NCBI GenBank assembly: GCA_036392515.1
Contig: DASVXU010000144.1
Span: forward strand, 20,385-84,384
Direction of reading: 5' to 3'
DNA: 64,000 nucleotides
From: Gemmatimonadaceae bacterium
GTDB taxonomy: Bacteria > Gemmatimonadota > Gemmatimonadetes > Gemmatimonadales > Gemmatimonadaceae
Positions 27,220 through 36,759 of this stretch are shown piece by piece. A program made the translations under genes and the position numbers. The notes beneath the pieces are model-generated. The model did no database searches. It had not been told where the DNA came from and was given only the letters and a program-made list of their open reading frames with translations. Numbering within the stretch: the stretch's first letter is position 1; every line of letters starts with the position of its first letter.

Positions 27220-29109
27220 TTCGGAGTACATCCCCTCGATCGCGTCCCGGTACCGTTTCTCGACGATCTTCCGCCGCACCTTCAGCGTGGGGGTCATCTC
27301 GCCGTCTTCCAGCGTCAGGTCGCGGTCGAGGAGGGCGATCTTCTTCGGCTGCTCGTAGTTCGCCAGCGAGCCGGTGCGGCCGAACACCTCCTTCTCCATC
27401 TTCGCCTGCACGATCGGCATCGCGATGAGCTGGCGACGATCGTTGTACATCAGATTCTTGATCTTCGCCCACTTCTCGAGCTGCTCGAAGTTCGGCACGA
27501 TCAGCATGCTCGGGAACTTGCGCTTGTCGCCGAGCATGATCGCCTGGCTGACGTACTTGTTCGTCTTCACCATGTTCTCGATCGGCTGCGGCGCCACCTT
27601 CTTCCCGCCCGCCGTCACGATCAGATCCTTCTTGCGATCGGTGATCGCGAGGAAGCCGTCGCGCAGCTCGCCGATGTCCCCCGTGTGGAACCAGCCGTCG
27701 GCGTCGATCGCCTCACGCGTCGCGTCGGGCTTGTTCCAGTAGCCCTTCATCACGTGCGGACCGCGGGTGAGGATCTCCCCGTCGCTCGCGATCGCCACCT
27801 CGACGCCCGGGATCGGCCGCCCGACGGTGCCGAGCCGGAACTCGGAGGGGGTGTTGCAGCAGATCACGGGGGACGTCTCGGTGAGCCCGTATCCCTCGAG
27901 GATCGTCAGCCCCGCGGCGTAGAAGAACTTGTTGATCTCGGGGGAGAGCGGCGCGCCGCCGGAGACGAAGAAGCGCAGCCGGCCCCCGGTGCGCGCCTTG
28001 AGCTTCGAGAAAACCAGCTTCTGCGCGACGCGATACTGCGCGCCGAGGAGCGGATTCGGCCGCCGGCGCGCGAGCACCACGTCCGCCCACTTCTCGGCGG
28101 CACGTCGTGCCCAGAAGAAGATGCGCTTCTTCACCGCGCCGCCCGCGAGCGCGTTGTCGAGCACACGCGCGTACATCTTCTCGTACAGCCGTGGCACGGA
28201 CGCGACGATCGTCGGCCTCACTTCCTGCATGTTGACCGGCACGGTATCCATCGACTCCGCGTATGCGATCGTCGTCCCGGTGTGGAGCATCGTGAAGTGG
28301 CCGACCATCCGCTCGAAGACGTGCGAGAGGGGGAGGAAGCTCAGCGCGAGATTCTCCTCCCCCTCGGGGAAGGCGACCGCCAGCCGGAGCACGGCCGACA
28401 TCACGTTCGAGAAGAAGTTGTCGTGGGTGAGCATCACGCCCTTCGGCTCGCCCGTCGTTCCCGAGGTGTAGATCAGCGTCGCCACGTCGTCCGGCTTCGC
28501 GCGCATCGCTTCGGCGCGGTACGCGGCGAGCGACTCCGCGCTCTCGCCGTCCATCCCGCGCGCCTCGAGGTCGGTGAGCGTCATGTCCGCGCCCTCGGGG
28601 CGCGGCGAGGCGAACGAGATCACGTGCCGCAGTGTCGGGACATCCTTGCGCGCTTCCGCGACCTTCGCCGCCTGCACCGGGGTCGAGACGAACACCGCGG
28701 TCGCGCCGGAGTCGCGCAGGATGTACGCGATCTGGTCCGGCGGCAGGTTCGGGTACAGCGCGACGTCCACGACGCCGGAGGTCAGGCACGCGTAGTCCGC
28801 GATCGCCCACTCCGGCCGGTTCTCGGAGAGGATCCCGACGCGGTCTCCTGGCTGGACGCCAAGCGCGCGCAGCCCGCGGCCGACACGCGCCACGCGCTGG
28901 AGGAGCGTACGGTGGCTGATCGGCGTCCACTGGCCTCCGGTCTTGCAGAGCAGGGCGTCGGGGCGGTCGTACTTCTCGACGGCGTCGTAGAAGAGCTGCG
29001 GGATCGTCCCGGGCTGGCCGACGCGCGGGCCGCCCGAAGTGATCGGGCCGATCGCCGGGGTCGCGGCGACGGCGCCCGCGGGGCGCGACACGGATGAGGT
29101 CTCAGTCAT
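27211..29109 (-). CDS. Long-chain fatty-acid--CoA ligase (AMP-dependent synthetase)
   Basis: It has the AMP-binding signature YTSGTTGEPKGV, plus GWFHTGDIGE and KKDLIVTAGGKKVAP. Confidence 0.9.
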   Translation of the reverse strand: MTETSSVSRPAGAVAATPAIGPITSGGPRVGQPGTIPQLFYDAVEKYDRPDALLCKTGGQWTPISHRTLLQRVARVGRGLRALGVQPGDRVGILSENRPEWAIADYACLTSGVVDVALYPNLPPDQIAYILRDSGATAVFVSTPVQAAKVAEARKDVPTLRHVISFASPRPEGADMTLTDLEARGMDGESAESLAAYRAEAMRAKPDDVATLIYTSGTTGEPKGVMLTHDNFFSNVMSAVLRLAVAFPEGEENLALSFLPLSHVFERMVGHFTMLHTGTTIAYAESMDTVPVNMQEVRPTIVASVPRLYEKMYARVLDNALAGGAVKKRIFFWARRAAEKWADVVLARRRPNPLLGAQYRVAQKLVFSKLKARTGGRLRFFVSGGAPLSPEINKFFYAAGLTILEGYGLTETSPVICCNTPSEFRLGTVGRPIPGVEVAIASDGEILTRGPHVMKGYWNKPDATREAIDADGWFHTGDIGELRDGFLAITDRKKDLIVTAGGKKVAPQPIENMVKTNKYVSQAIMLGDKRKFPSMLIVPNFEQLEKWAKIKNLMYNDRRQLIAMPIVQAKMEKEVFGRTGSLANYEQPKKIALLDRDLTLEDGEMTPTLKVRRKIVEKRYRDAIEGMYSEGE

Positions 29110-29160
29110 GCTCTATCATACGACGAGGGTCGCGGCAGTCGCCAGCGCGGCCCGTCGACG

Positions 29161-30000
29161 CTAGAGCGGGCGGGCCGTCAGGATGACGAGCAACGATACC
29201 GGGCTGCCCGCGACGAGCCCGTTCCTGTAGTAGGCGCGCGCCTCGATCTTCACCGTGTCGCGGACCAGCGAGTCGCCTGGCGCGACTGGCTTCTTGAGGT
29301 CGAAGCGCGAGCGCCGCACGCGGAGCTGTCGCGCGGCGAGCCCGTTCGCGTCGGTGGTGTCCACCGTCGAGCGACGCCTGTCTCCCGCGGTGAGCATCAC
29401 GTACGACGTGTCGGTCACCGCGCTGGCCGGGCTCACGATGCGGAACCGGACCTCGTAGTGCGGCACGACCGTGTCACCGGCGACGCCGTCCGTGTTGTGG
29501 AGGAGCCGCGCCGATACCGCCGGCGTGATCGGGAGCGAATCCGGCGGGAGGAAGCTCAGACGCTGCGTCACGACGCTGTCGACCGCGACGAGGCGATCGG
29601 GCCGCCGCGTGACGTAGAGCGTCTCCGGCACCGACTGCAGCCCGCCGACTTCGGCGTACACGCGGAAGCTCCGCGTCGCGTCGGTCGGCGTCGACGACGC
29701 GACGACTCGTCCGCTGACGGAATCGATCGTGGCCGGCGGCGGCAGCGTGTCGGCCTTGTTCCGCACGAGCCGATAGCGCACCTTCGCGCCGCGGATCGTA
29801 TCGCCCTTCACGTTGAACGCGATCGCCTGCAGCGGCGCGGCAACACCAAGCGAGTCGCGCAACTCGTCGCCGAGCACCACCGACGGCGAGCCCGCGGGCC
29901 GGAGCTCCACCGAGAAGGCGGCGTTCGGATCGGAGGGGAGATCGGTGCACGCCGCGGTCGCGGTCAGCGCGACGGCGAGCGAGATCAGACGTCGGCTCAT
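29161..30000 (-). CDS. Lipoprotein with Ig-like (Big-type) beta-rich body, function unknown
   Basis: The last 279 aa of ORF 29161..30900, starting MSRRLISLAVALTATAAC (lipobox). The start overlaps the parA-like stop by 4 nt. Confidence 0.6.
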   Translation of the reverse strand: MSRRLISLAVALTATAACTDLPSDPNAAFSVELRPAGSPSVVLGDELRDSLGVAAPLQAIAFNVKGDTIRGAKVRYRLVRNKADTLPPPATIDSVSGRVVASSTPTDATRSFRVYAEVGGLQSVPETLYVTRRPDRLVAVDSVVTQRLSFLPPDSLPITPAVSARLLHNTDGVAGDTVVPHYEVRFRIVSPASAVTDTSYVMLTAGDRRRSTVDTTDANGLAARQLRVRRSRFDLKKPVAPGDSLVRDTVKIEARAYYRNGLVAGSPVSLLVILTARPL

Positions 30001-30770
30001 CCCATCCGCTCCCGCAATACGTCCGCCAGATCGAGATACGCTTCGGACGCGGGGTCCTTCGGATCGCGCAGCACCACCGGCTGTCCGGCGGCGGACGCCT
30101 CGACCACGGCGGCGGTGCGCGGCACCTCGCGCTCGAACACCAGATCCTCGGGCAGGCTCGCCCGCACGTACTCGGCGACCCGCTCGCTCATCGGGTTCTG
30201 CGGCTCGTGCATCGTGAGCAGCATCCCCTCGAGCGCCAGCTCCTCGTTCATCGCGACGATGTCCTGCAGCCCGCGCAGGATCTGCGGCGTCGTCTGCAGC
30301 GCCAGTGGCTCGCACTGCAGCGGCACGATCGCGTGCCCGCTCGCCTCGAGCACGCGCCGCACGATCGCGCCGAGTCCCGGCGGAGTGTCGACCACGACGA
30401 GGTCGGCGCGTCCGGCGAGCTCGTCGAACAGCTCGTCGAGGACGCCCGGCGTCGTGATCTGCCGCTGGAAGTCCGCGTGGTCGCCGCGATCCGCGATCCC
30501 GCCCGCGAGGAGCACGCGCAGCGACGCGAGCGGGGTGGGGAGCAGCACCTCCTGCAGCGCGCGGTCTCCCGCGAGATACTCCGTGATCCCCGGCGTCGGC
30601 TGGCCCGGTCGCAGCCCGATCCCGTAGCGCACCGAACCCTGCGGGTCCACGTCGACGAGGATCGTGCGTACCCCGCGGCGTGCGAACGCGGCAGCGAGGT
30701 TCACCGCCGTGGTGGTCTTGCCGACTCCCCCTTTCTGGCTGACGATCGCGAGGACCTTGCCCACGCTCAT
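29997..30770 (-). CDS. ParA/MinD-family ATPase (orphan; no parB seen)
   Basis: ORF trimmed to MSVGKVLAIVSQKGGVGKTTT (deviant Walker A). It also has VVVDTPPG (Walker B). Confidence 0.88.
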   Translation of the reverse strand: MSVGKVLAIVSQKGGVGKTTTAVNLAAAFARRGVRTILVDVDPQGSVRYGIGLRPGQPTPGITEYLAGDRALQEVLLPTPLASLRVLLAGGIADRGDHADFQRQITTPGVLDELFDELAGRADLVVVDTPPGLGAIVRRVLEASGHAIVPLQCEPLALQTTPQILRGLQDIVAMNEELALEGMLLTMHEPQNPMSERVAEYVRASLPEDLVFEREVPRTAAVVEASAAGQPVVLRDPKDPASEAYLDLADVLRERMG

Positions 30771-31216
30771 TCCAGCTCGCTCGCCGAGTCGGCCCCGGAC
30801 TGGATCGCCTCGAGCGTCTCGCGCGCGTGGCGCACCCATCGCCCCGTGTCGACGCCGTCCGGCGGCTGCGAGAGGAATGCCTCGAGGTGGCGCGATGCAC
30901 CCATCGTGTCGCCGCGCTTGAGGAGGAGGAAGGCCAGCCCGTAGTGCGATCCCGACAGCTCGGGGTCCAGCTCCAGCGCGCGCCGGTAGCTGCGGATCGC
31001 CTCCTCGAGTCGTCCAGTCTTCGAGAAGGCGATCGCCATGTTCTGCAGGATCTTCGGGTCGTTCGGGTGGTCCCGCAGCGCGAGCCGGTAGGAGGTCAGC
31101 GCCGCGTCGAAGTCGCCCTGGCGTTCCAGGGCGAGCGCCTCGCTGAGGTAGTCGATGCGCTGGGGCTTCGAGTCGCGCTTCGAGTTACCGCCCGTGAGGC
31201 GGCTCCACCAGGACAT
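30767..31216 (-). CDS. TPR-repeat protein
   Basis: 149 aa with TPR units (ALALERQGDFDAALTSYRLALRDHPNDP and NMAIAFSKTGRLEEAIRSYRRALELDP). Its stop overlaps the parA-like start by 4 nt. Confidence 0.75.
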   Translation of the reverse strand: MSWWSRLTGGNSKRDSKPQRIDYLSEALALERQGDFDAALTSYRLALRDHPNDPKILQNMAIAFSKTGRLEEAIRSYRRALELDPELSGSHYGLAFLLLKRGDTMGASRHLEAFLSQPPDGVDTGRWVRHARETLEAIQSGADSASELE

Positions 31217-31422
31217 GCGGTCGGGTTCGGCGGAAAGGGGAGGGAACCGGGGCTACCGCCCCCCCGGGTGCAACCTGCGCGCCGGTGGCGGCTACCGGCA
31301 GCAAGCTATGAGGCAAACGCGGTCCGAGCAACCACGCCGCGCGGTCGCGCACCGCGTCGCACGAGGCTCGTGACACATCTCGCACTTTCCCGCACCCCCG
31401 CCGAGCCAGTAGGTTCAGGACC

Positions 31423-31965
31423 ATGTCTCCACGTCGCTACACCGTCGATCAGACGAAGGGCGTCCTCGACGTCGAATGGCCTCTGTTCGGCGAGATGGCG
31501 CGCGCGCTGGCGCTCAAGGTCGCGCGCGAATACGACCCGGAGATCATCGTCGGCATCGCGACCTCGGGGGTGATCCCCGGCGCGGTCATCGCGGCGATCC
31601 ACGCGCGCGAGTTCCGCGCGATGACGATCAGCCGTCGCGGCGACGAGGAGGCGGTGCGCGCCACGCCCCACGTGCTCGGCAGCGTCCCGCCCCAGGTGCG
31701 CGGGCGGCGCGTGCTCATCGTCGACGAGACCTGCGACTCGGGCGACACGATCCGCCTCGCGGTCAGCGCCTGCGTCAACGCCGGCGCCACCGAGGTGCGC
31801 ACCGCGGTCTGCTTCCGGACGGGCGCCTACGAGCCAGACTTCCACGCCCTCGCGACCGAGAGCACGATCGTGCTCCCCTGGGACCGCGAGATCCTCATCG
31901 ACGGCGAGCTCGTTCCGAATCCGTTGTACGAGGACGCGCGAAAGGCGCTGTCGCCGTACCGGTAG
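31423..31965 (+). CDS. Phosphoribosyltransferase-family protein
   Basis: It has the PRPP-binding motif VLIVDETCDSGDT. 180 aa. Confidence 0.8.
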   Translation: MSPRRYTVDQTKGVLDVEWPLFGEMARALALKVAREYDPEIIVGIATSGVIPGAVIAAIHAREFRAMTISRRGDEEAVRATPHVLGSVPPQVRGRRVLIVDETCDSGDTIRLAVSACVNAGATEVRTAVCFRTGAYEPDFHALATESTIVLPWDREILIDGELVPNPLYEDARKALSPYR

Positions 31966-32035
31966 GGGTCAGGGGTCGGGGGTGAGCGATCGGCGCTGAC
32001 CCCCGACCCCCGACCCCCGACGGCCGACCCCCGAG
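31965..32035. repeat. Hairpin element, type D (GGGGTC/GACCCC words)
   Basis: ggggtcaggggtcgggggtgagcg-atcg-gcgctgacccccgacccccgaccccc. The right arm carries extra GACCCC units. It lies between convergent stops. Confidence 0.85.
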
Positions 32036-32037
32036 CG

Positions 32038-32586
32038 CTACTCGACCTCGCCTAACGCGACCTCGTACCCCTCGCCGCGGCCCATCGTCTCGTAGACGTG
32101 CTCCATCACTTCCGCGTTCCCGACGAGGAAGCGGCAGCGTGAGGCGCCGGCGGAGCGGCATTCGACCTCGAGCACCGCGAGCGGCGCGTCGGCGATGCGG
32201 CCGAAGAAGTCGGCGAACATCCCGGTCGTGAAGTGGCAGGCCGGATGATCCATCCCGCTCTCCGGATCGGCCTCACCCCAGTCGCGCGAGTCGAGCGTCG
32301 CGACCGCGTTGCGCAGCGACCCGATCGCGACCGAGCCCCATCCCGCCTCGCGGAAGAACGCCGTCGCCAGCTCACCGAAGCGCTCGAGCGGGAGGGACTC
32401 CGGTGCCGGCTCCTTGCGCGCCGTCAGCCAGCCGCGGAACGACGCGAAGAGCGTCTCGCCCCCCGCGTACCCCGCTTCCTGGAGGTATCCCGCCGCCGCC
32501 GCGCCCGCGTCGCGGTAGAGCGCCGCGCGCAGCGCCGCCAGCGCCGGCCGCGGCAACCCGAGCATCCCGTTGTTGACCAGTTCCAT
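32038..32586 (-). CDS. V4R-domain (4-vinyl reductase-like) small-molecule-binding protein
   Basis: ORF 32038..32727 trimmed to MELVNNGMLGLPR. The C-terminal cysteine pattern HPACHFTTGMFADFF...ECRSAGASRCRF is typical of V4R domains. Confidence 0.65.
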   Translation of the reverse strand: MELVNNGMLGLPRPALAALRAALYRDAGAAAAGYLQEAGYAGGETLFASFRGWLTARKEPAPESLPLERFGELATAFFREAGWGSVAIGSLRNAVATLDSRDWGEADPESGMDHPACHFTTGMFADFFGRIADAPLAVLEVECRSAGASRCRFLVGNAEVMEHVYETMGRGEGYEVALGEVE

Positions 32587-32707
32587 GGTGAGTCCGCGGT
32601 CAGAGACCGTTAGTGCCACTCGGTGAGCCGAACCGGTGGTCGTGCGCCGTGCATCGCGTACCGCCGTATCGTTTGACACGCCTTCCGCTCGTTCGCCGGA
32701 ACGTGCA

Positions 32708-34744
32708 TCACCCGCCATCACCAGCACGCCGCACCAGCTCCGCCTCGTCGATCGTCTCGACGCCGAGCTCCCGCGCCTTGTCCAGCTTGCTCCCCGCGTC
32801 CTCGCCGACGACCACGAAGCTCGTCGCCTTCGATACGCCGCTCGTCACGCGACCGCCCGACCGCTCCACCAGCGCCGTCGCTTCGGCGCGCGAGAGGTTC
32901 GGCAGCGTCCCGGTAATGACGACCGTCTTCCCCTTGAGGGCACCGTCAGCGGACACCTGCACCGGCTCCGTGAAGTTCAGCCCCAGCCCGCGCAGCTTCT
33001 CGATCAGCGCGCGCGTGGTCGGATCGGCGAAGTACGAGGACACCGCGTGGGCGATGATCTCACCCACCCCGCGCACTTCGAGAATGTCGTCCGCCGTCGC
33101 GCTCATCAGGCGGTCCATCGTCCCGAAGTGCCGCGCGAGCAGCTGCGCCGACTGCTCCCCGACGTGCCGGATGCCGAGCGCGTTGAGCAGCCGCGAGAGC
33201 GGCAGCTTCTTCGACTCCTCGATCGCCGCCACCAGGTTCTCGGCGCTCTTCTCGGCGAAGCGCTCGAGCTGCACGAGATCATCGACCGTCAGGCGGTAGA
33301 TGTCCGCCGCGTCGTGCACCAGCCCGGCGTCGATCATCTGCTCGATGCGCGCGTAGGAGAGGCCGCGGATGTCCATCGCCCCGCGCGACGCGAAGTGCAC
33401 GAGCCCCTCGAGCTGACGACCGGGACACGCGACGTTGCTGCAGTACAGCGCGACCTCGTCCTCGTCGCGCTCCACCGGCGTTCCGCAGCGCGGGCACTTC
33501 TTCGGCGGCTGGACGACGCGCGGCGGGTTCGCCGGATCGCGCTTCTCCGGCACCGGCCCGATCACCTGCGGGATCACCTCGCCCGCGCGCTTCACCAGCA
33601 CGACGTCGCCGACGCGCAGGTCCTTGTTCCGCACGAGATCGAAGTTGTGCAGCGTCGCCAGCTTCACGATCGCCCCGCCGATCTCCACCGGCTCGAGCAT
33701 CGCGAAGGGGTTGAGCACTCCCGTGCGCCCGACGTTCACCTGGATGTCGAGCAGCCTCGTCTCGGCGATGTCGGGGGCGAACTTCCGCGCGATCGCCCAG
33801 CGCGGCTCGCGGCCGACGACGCCCAGCTCGTCCTGCACTCTCAGATCGTCGACCTTGACCACACCCCCATCGATGGCGAAGTCGAGCGCGGCCCGCGTCT
33901 GGTTCTCGACGCGCGTCGCCCACTCGTGCACCTCGGCGAGCGTCGCGCAGCGCAGCCGGTGCGGCGCGACGGGAATTCCCCACGACGCGAGCAGCTCGAG
34001 CAGCTCCCACTGCGAGCGCACCGGCGGCTGCTCCCCGTCGGGGAGCGCCATCGCGTAGCCGAAGAAGCTGAGCGGACGCGTCGCCGTGATCGCCGGGTCG
34101 AGCTGGCGGAGGCTCCCCGCCGCCGAGTTGCGCGGGTTCGCGTACACCGGCTCCTCGTTCTTCACCCGCTCCGCGTTCATCGCCTCGAAGCCGGAGAAGG
34201 TCATGTAGACCTCGCCGCGGATCTCGAGCAGGGGGGGATGCCCCTTCCCGCGCAGGCGGAGGGGGATCTCGCGGATCGTGCGCAGGTTGGCGGTGACCAC
34301 CTCGCCGACGCTGCCGTTGCCGCGCGTCGCCCCGGTCTCGAGGACGCCATCGCGATAGGTCAGGCTCACCGCGGCGCCGTCGATCTTGAGCTCCGCCGTG
34401 TAGCCACCCGCCACCGCCGCGTCGCCGGCGAGCCGGCGGATCTTCCGCTCCCAGTCGGTGAGCTCATCCTCGTTGAACGCGTTGCCGAGCGAGAGCATCG
34501 GCACGAGGTGCGAGTGCTTCGCGAGCTGCGTCGCCGCCTCCGCGCCCACGCGTTGCGTCGGGGAGTCGGGGGTGCGGAGGATCGGGAACTTCTCTTCCAG
34601 CTCGCGCAGCTCGCGGAAGAGCAGGTCGAACTCGCGGTCGGAGATCGAGGGCCGGTCGAGCACGTAATACTCGTAGTTCGCCTGCTCGATCTGCTGGCGG
34701 AGCGTCTCGGCGCGCGCGGCGGCTTCAGCGGGTGCGTCCGTCAT
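32708..34744 (-). CDS. ligA: NAD-dependent DNA ligase
   Basis: 678 aa with the adenylation motif ELKIDGAAV, the Zn finger CPRCGTPVERDEDEVALYCSNVACP, HhH repeats and a BRCT end (GKTVVITGTL). Confidence 0.96.
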   Translation of the reverse strand: MTDAPAEAAARAETLRQQIEQANYEYYVLDRPSISDREFDLLFRELRELEEKFPILRTPDSPTQRVGAEAATQLAKHSHLVPMLSLGNAFNEDELTDWERKIRRLAGDAAVAGGYTAELKIDGAAVSLTYRDGVLETGATRGNGSVGEVVTANLRTIREIPLRLRGKGHPPLLEIRGEVYMTFSGFEAMNAERVKNEEPVYANPRNSAAGSLRQLDPAITATRPLSFFGYAMALPDGEQPPVRSQWELLELLASWGIPVAPHRLRCATLAEVHEWATRVENQTRAALDFAIDGGVVKVDDLRVQDELGVVGREPRWAIARKFAPDIAETRLLDIQVNVGRTGVLNPFAMLEPVEIGGAIVKLATLHNFDLVRNKDLRVGDVVLVKRAGEVIPQVIGPVPEKRDPANPPRVVQPPKKCPRCGTPVERDEDEVALYCSNVACPGRQLEGLVHFASRGAMDIRGLSYARIEQMIDAGLVHDAADIYRLTVDDLVQLERFAEKSAENLVAAIEESKKLPLSRLLNALGIRHVGEQSAQLLARHFGTMDRLMSATADDILEVRGVGEIIAHAVSSYFADPTTRALIEKLRGLGLNFTEPVQVSADGALKGKTVVITGTLPNLSRAEATALVERSGGRVTSGVSKATSFVVVGEDAGSKLDKARELGVETIDEAELVRRAGDGG

Positions 34745-34761
34745 GGCGCTGAATATACGGT

Positions 34762-34901
34762 CACGACGAGGAGAGAGGAGAGATACCGCGATCGAGAGAG
34801 GAGAGAGGAGAGACGAAAAGACGATGTGGTCACCGCAATCGTCGTTTCGTCTCTCCTCTCTCCTCTCTTCATCGGAGCCTCTCTCGTCTCTCCCCGCAGT
34901 G
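34762..34901. repeat. Long GA-rich/CT-rich hairpin element, type A copy 3
   Basis: cacgacgaggagagaggagag...gagaggagagaggagagacg pairs with cgtctctcctctctcctctc...TCGGAGCCTCTCTCGTCTCTCCCCGCAGTG. It lies between the GAF gene stop and the ligA start. Confidence 0.85.
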
Positions 34902-34907
34902 TCGAAC

Positions 34908-35714
34908 CTATCCCTCCGCTTCCTTGTCCAGCACCTGCATCGTCACCGTCACGAGCCGCTCCAGCTCCTCGTCGCTCGCCTTCGGGAGGAGCGTCTCCGC
35001 CCACATGTGGTCCTCGGTGCGCGTGTAGCGGTCGAGGAGCCGGCGGATGAAGGCGATCATCGCGATGCGCTGCATCTCGCCGCGGCGCTGCGCCTTGTTC
35101 ACGTCCTGCGTGTCGCGGATCAGCGACTCGAAGCGGTACGAGTTGCGGAGCGCCTTCGCCGTCAGCGAGGCGATCACCTGGCAGAAGCGGACGTCGCTGT
35201 CGCTGAAGGGGGCTGCCTCACGCTCGGTGCGGAGGAAGATCGCGCCGATGATCGTCCCCTGGGCACGGATCGGCACGACGACGATCGAGCGTACGTTGCG
35301 CAGGTTGAGCTGGTCGCGCACCCCACGCAGCATCGGGTCGGTCGCCGCGTCGGGGATGAACACCGTCTCCCCGCTGTCGAAGGCGCGCTTCAGCTCCGGG
35401 TAGCGGGAGAGGTCCACGACGAGGTTGCGGATCGTCGGGTCCTCGTAGCTCGCGACGAGCCGGACCTCTTCCTTCTCGCCGCTGAGGAAGATCGAGCAGC
35501 GATCGAGCCCGAAGGACTCGCCGAGCTTTCGCGCGATCGTCTGGAGGATGTCGACGAAGTGCAGCGAGGAGGCGATCTCCTGCTGGATGTCGACGATCGC
35601 TACGAGGTGGTCACGCTCCCGCTGGAGCTCCGCGATCCTCGCCTCGAGGCGCGCTATCTCCGAGTGCTGCGCTGAGGGCGCTGGAGGTGACGTCGGCGTC
35701 GGCGGTTGCTCCAT
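34908..35714 (-). CDS. GAF-domain protein with N-terminal coiled coil
   Basis: 268 aa. The coiled coil EIARLEARIAELQRERDHL is followed by a GAF-like core (LDRCSIFL...VVVPIRAQGTIIGAIFL). Confidence 0.75.
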   Translation of the reverse strand: MEQPPTPTSPPAPSAQHSEIARLEARIAELQRERDHLVAIVDIQQEIASSLHFVDILQTIARKLGESFGLDRCSIFLSGEKEEVRLVASYEDPTIRNLVVDLSRYPELKRAFDSGETVFIPDAATDPMLRGVRDQLNLRNVRSIVVVPIRAQGTIIGAIFLRTEREAAPFSDSDVRFCQVIASLTAKALRNSYRFESLIRDTQDVNKAQRRGEMQRIAMIAFIRRLLDRYTRTEDHMWAETLLPKASDEELERLVTVTMQVLDKEAEG

Positions 35715-36759
35715 CAGGGGGCTCGAGGTGCGCGTTGAATTCGTCGCTGGCGAAGCGGACGACCTTGTTGCGCCCCGTCTCCTTCGCGACGTAGAGCGCG
35801 TCGTCCGCCGTCTTCACCAGCATCTCGTAGTGCGAGATGGCGGGATGCGGCCAACCGGCGACCCCGAAGCTGGCCGTCCGCTTCAGACTGCCGCCGTCGA
35901 AGGTAAAAGTATGCTCCTCGACCGCTTTGCGCACGCGCTCGGCGAACGTCACCCCCGCGTCGAGCACCGTCCCCGGAAGCAGGATGATGAACTCCTCTCC
36001 GCCGTAGCGTCCGATCTTGTCGATCTCGCGCGCCTCGGCCTCGAGGATGCGCGCGAACTGCTTGAGCACCGCGTCCCCCGCCTGGTGCCCGTAGGTGTCG
36101 TTGACGCTCTTGAACTTGTCGAGATCGCACATCACGCACGACAGCGGCTCGTTGAGCCGCATGCTGTGCTCGAACATCTCGTGCAGCCGCTCCTCGATGA
36201 AGCGGCGGTTGCGCAGTCCCGTGAGGCCGTCGGTCTGCGACATGTAGAGCAGCTGCCCGTTGAGCTTCGCGAGCTCGCCGTTGAGCTGCTCCAGCTCGTC
36301 GGTGCGCGCCTCGAGCTCGTCCTGGAGCCGCTTGATGCGCAGCATCGACTTCACGCGCGCGCCGAGCTCCGCGAACTCGATCGGCTTCGTGATGTAGTCG
36401 TCGGCCCCCGCGCCCAGCCCCGCGACCTTGTGCTCCGGCGCGTCGAGGGCGGTCTGCATGATGATCGGGATGAAGGGGAGCGACTTGTTCTCCTTCACGC
36501 GCCGCGCGACCTCGGTCCCGTCGATCGTCGGCATCATGACATCGAGCAGCACGAGGTCGGGGGGATCCTGCTCGATCATGCGCAGGGCTACGTCCCCGTC
36601 GGCCGCGGTGGAGGTGCGATAGCCCCACGCTTCGAGGCGGGTCTGCAGCAGGTCGACGTTGTCCTCGTGGTCGTCGACGATGAGGATGCGCGCCGGGCGC
36701 GCCTCGGTGGTGGGCGGCGCCGACCCGTCCGTGGTCGACGCCAGCTCCTCAGGCGGCAT
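35611..36759 (-). CDS. Response regulator-diguanylate cyclase (REC-GGDEF)
   Basis: The REC domain has LLDVMMP and ITKP. The active site is GGEEF, with an RxxD I-site (REID) five residues upstream. The 3' end overlaps the GAF gene by about 104 nt. Confidence 0.9.
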   Translation of the reverse strand: MPPEELASTTDGSAPPTTEARPARILIVDDHEDNVDLLQTRLEAWGYRTSTAADGDVALRMIEQDPPDLVLLDVMMPTIDGTEVARRVKENKSLPFIPIIMQTALDAPEHKVAGLGAGADDYITKPIEFAELGARVKSMLRIKRLQDELEARTDELEQLNGELAKLNGQLLYMSQTDGLTGLRNRRFIEERLHEMFEHSMRLNEPLSCVMCDLDKFKSVNDTYGHQAGDAVLKQFARILEAEAREIDKIGRYGGEEFIILLPGTVLDAGVTFAERVRKAVEEHTFTFDGGSLKRTASFGVAGWPHPAISHYEMLVKTADDALYVAKETGRNKVVRFASDEFNAHLEPPDGATADADVTSSALSAALGDSAPRGEDRGAPAGA

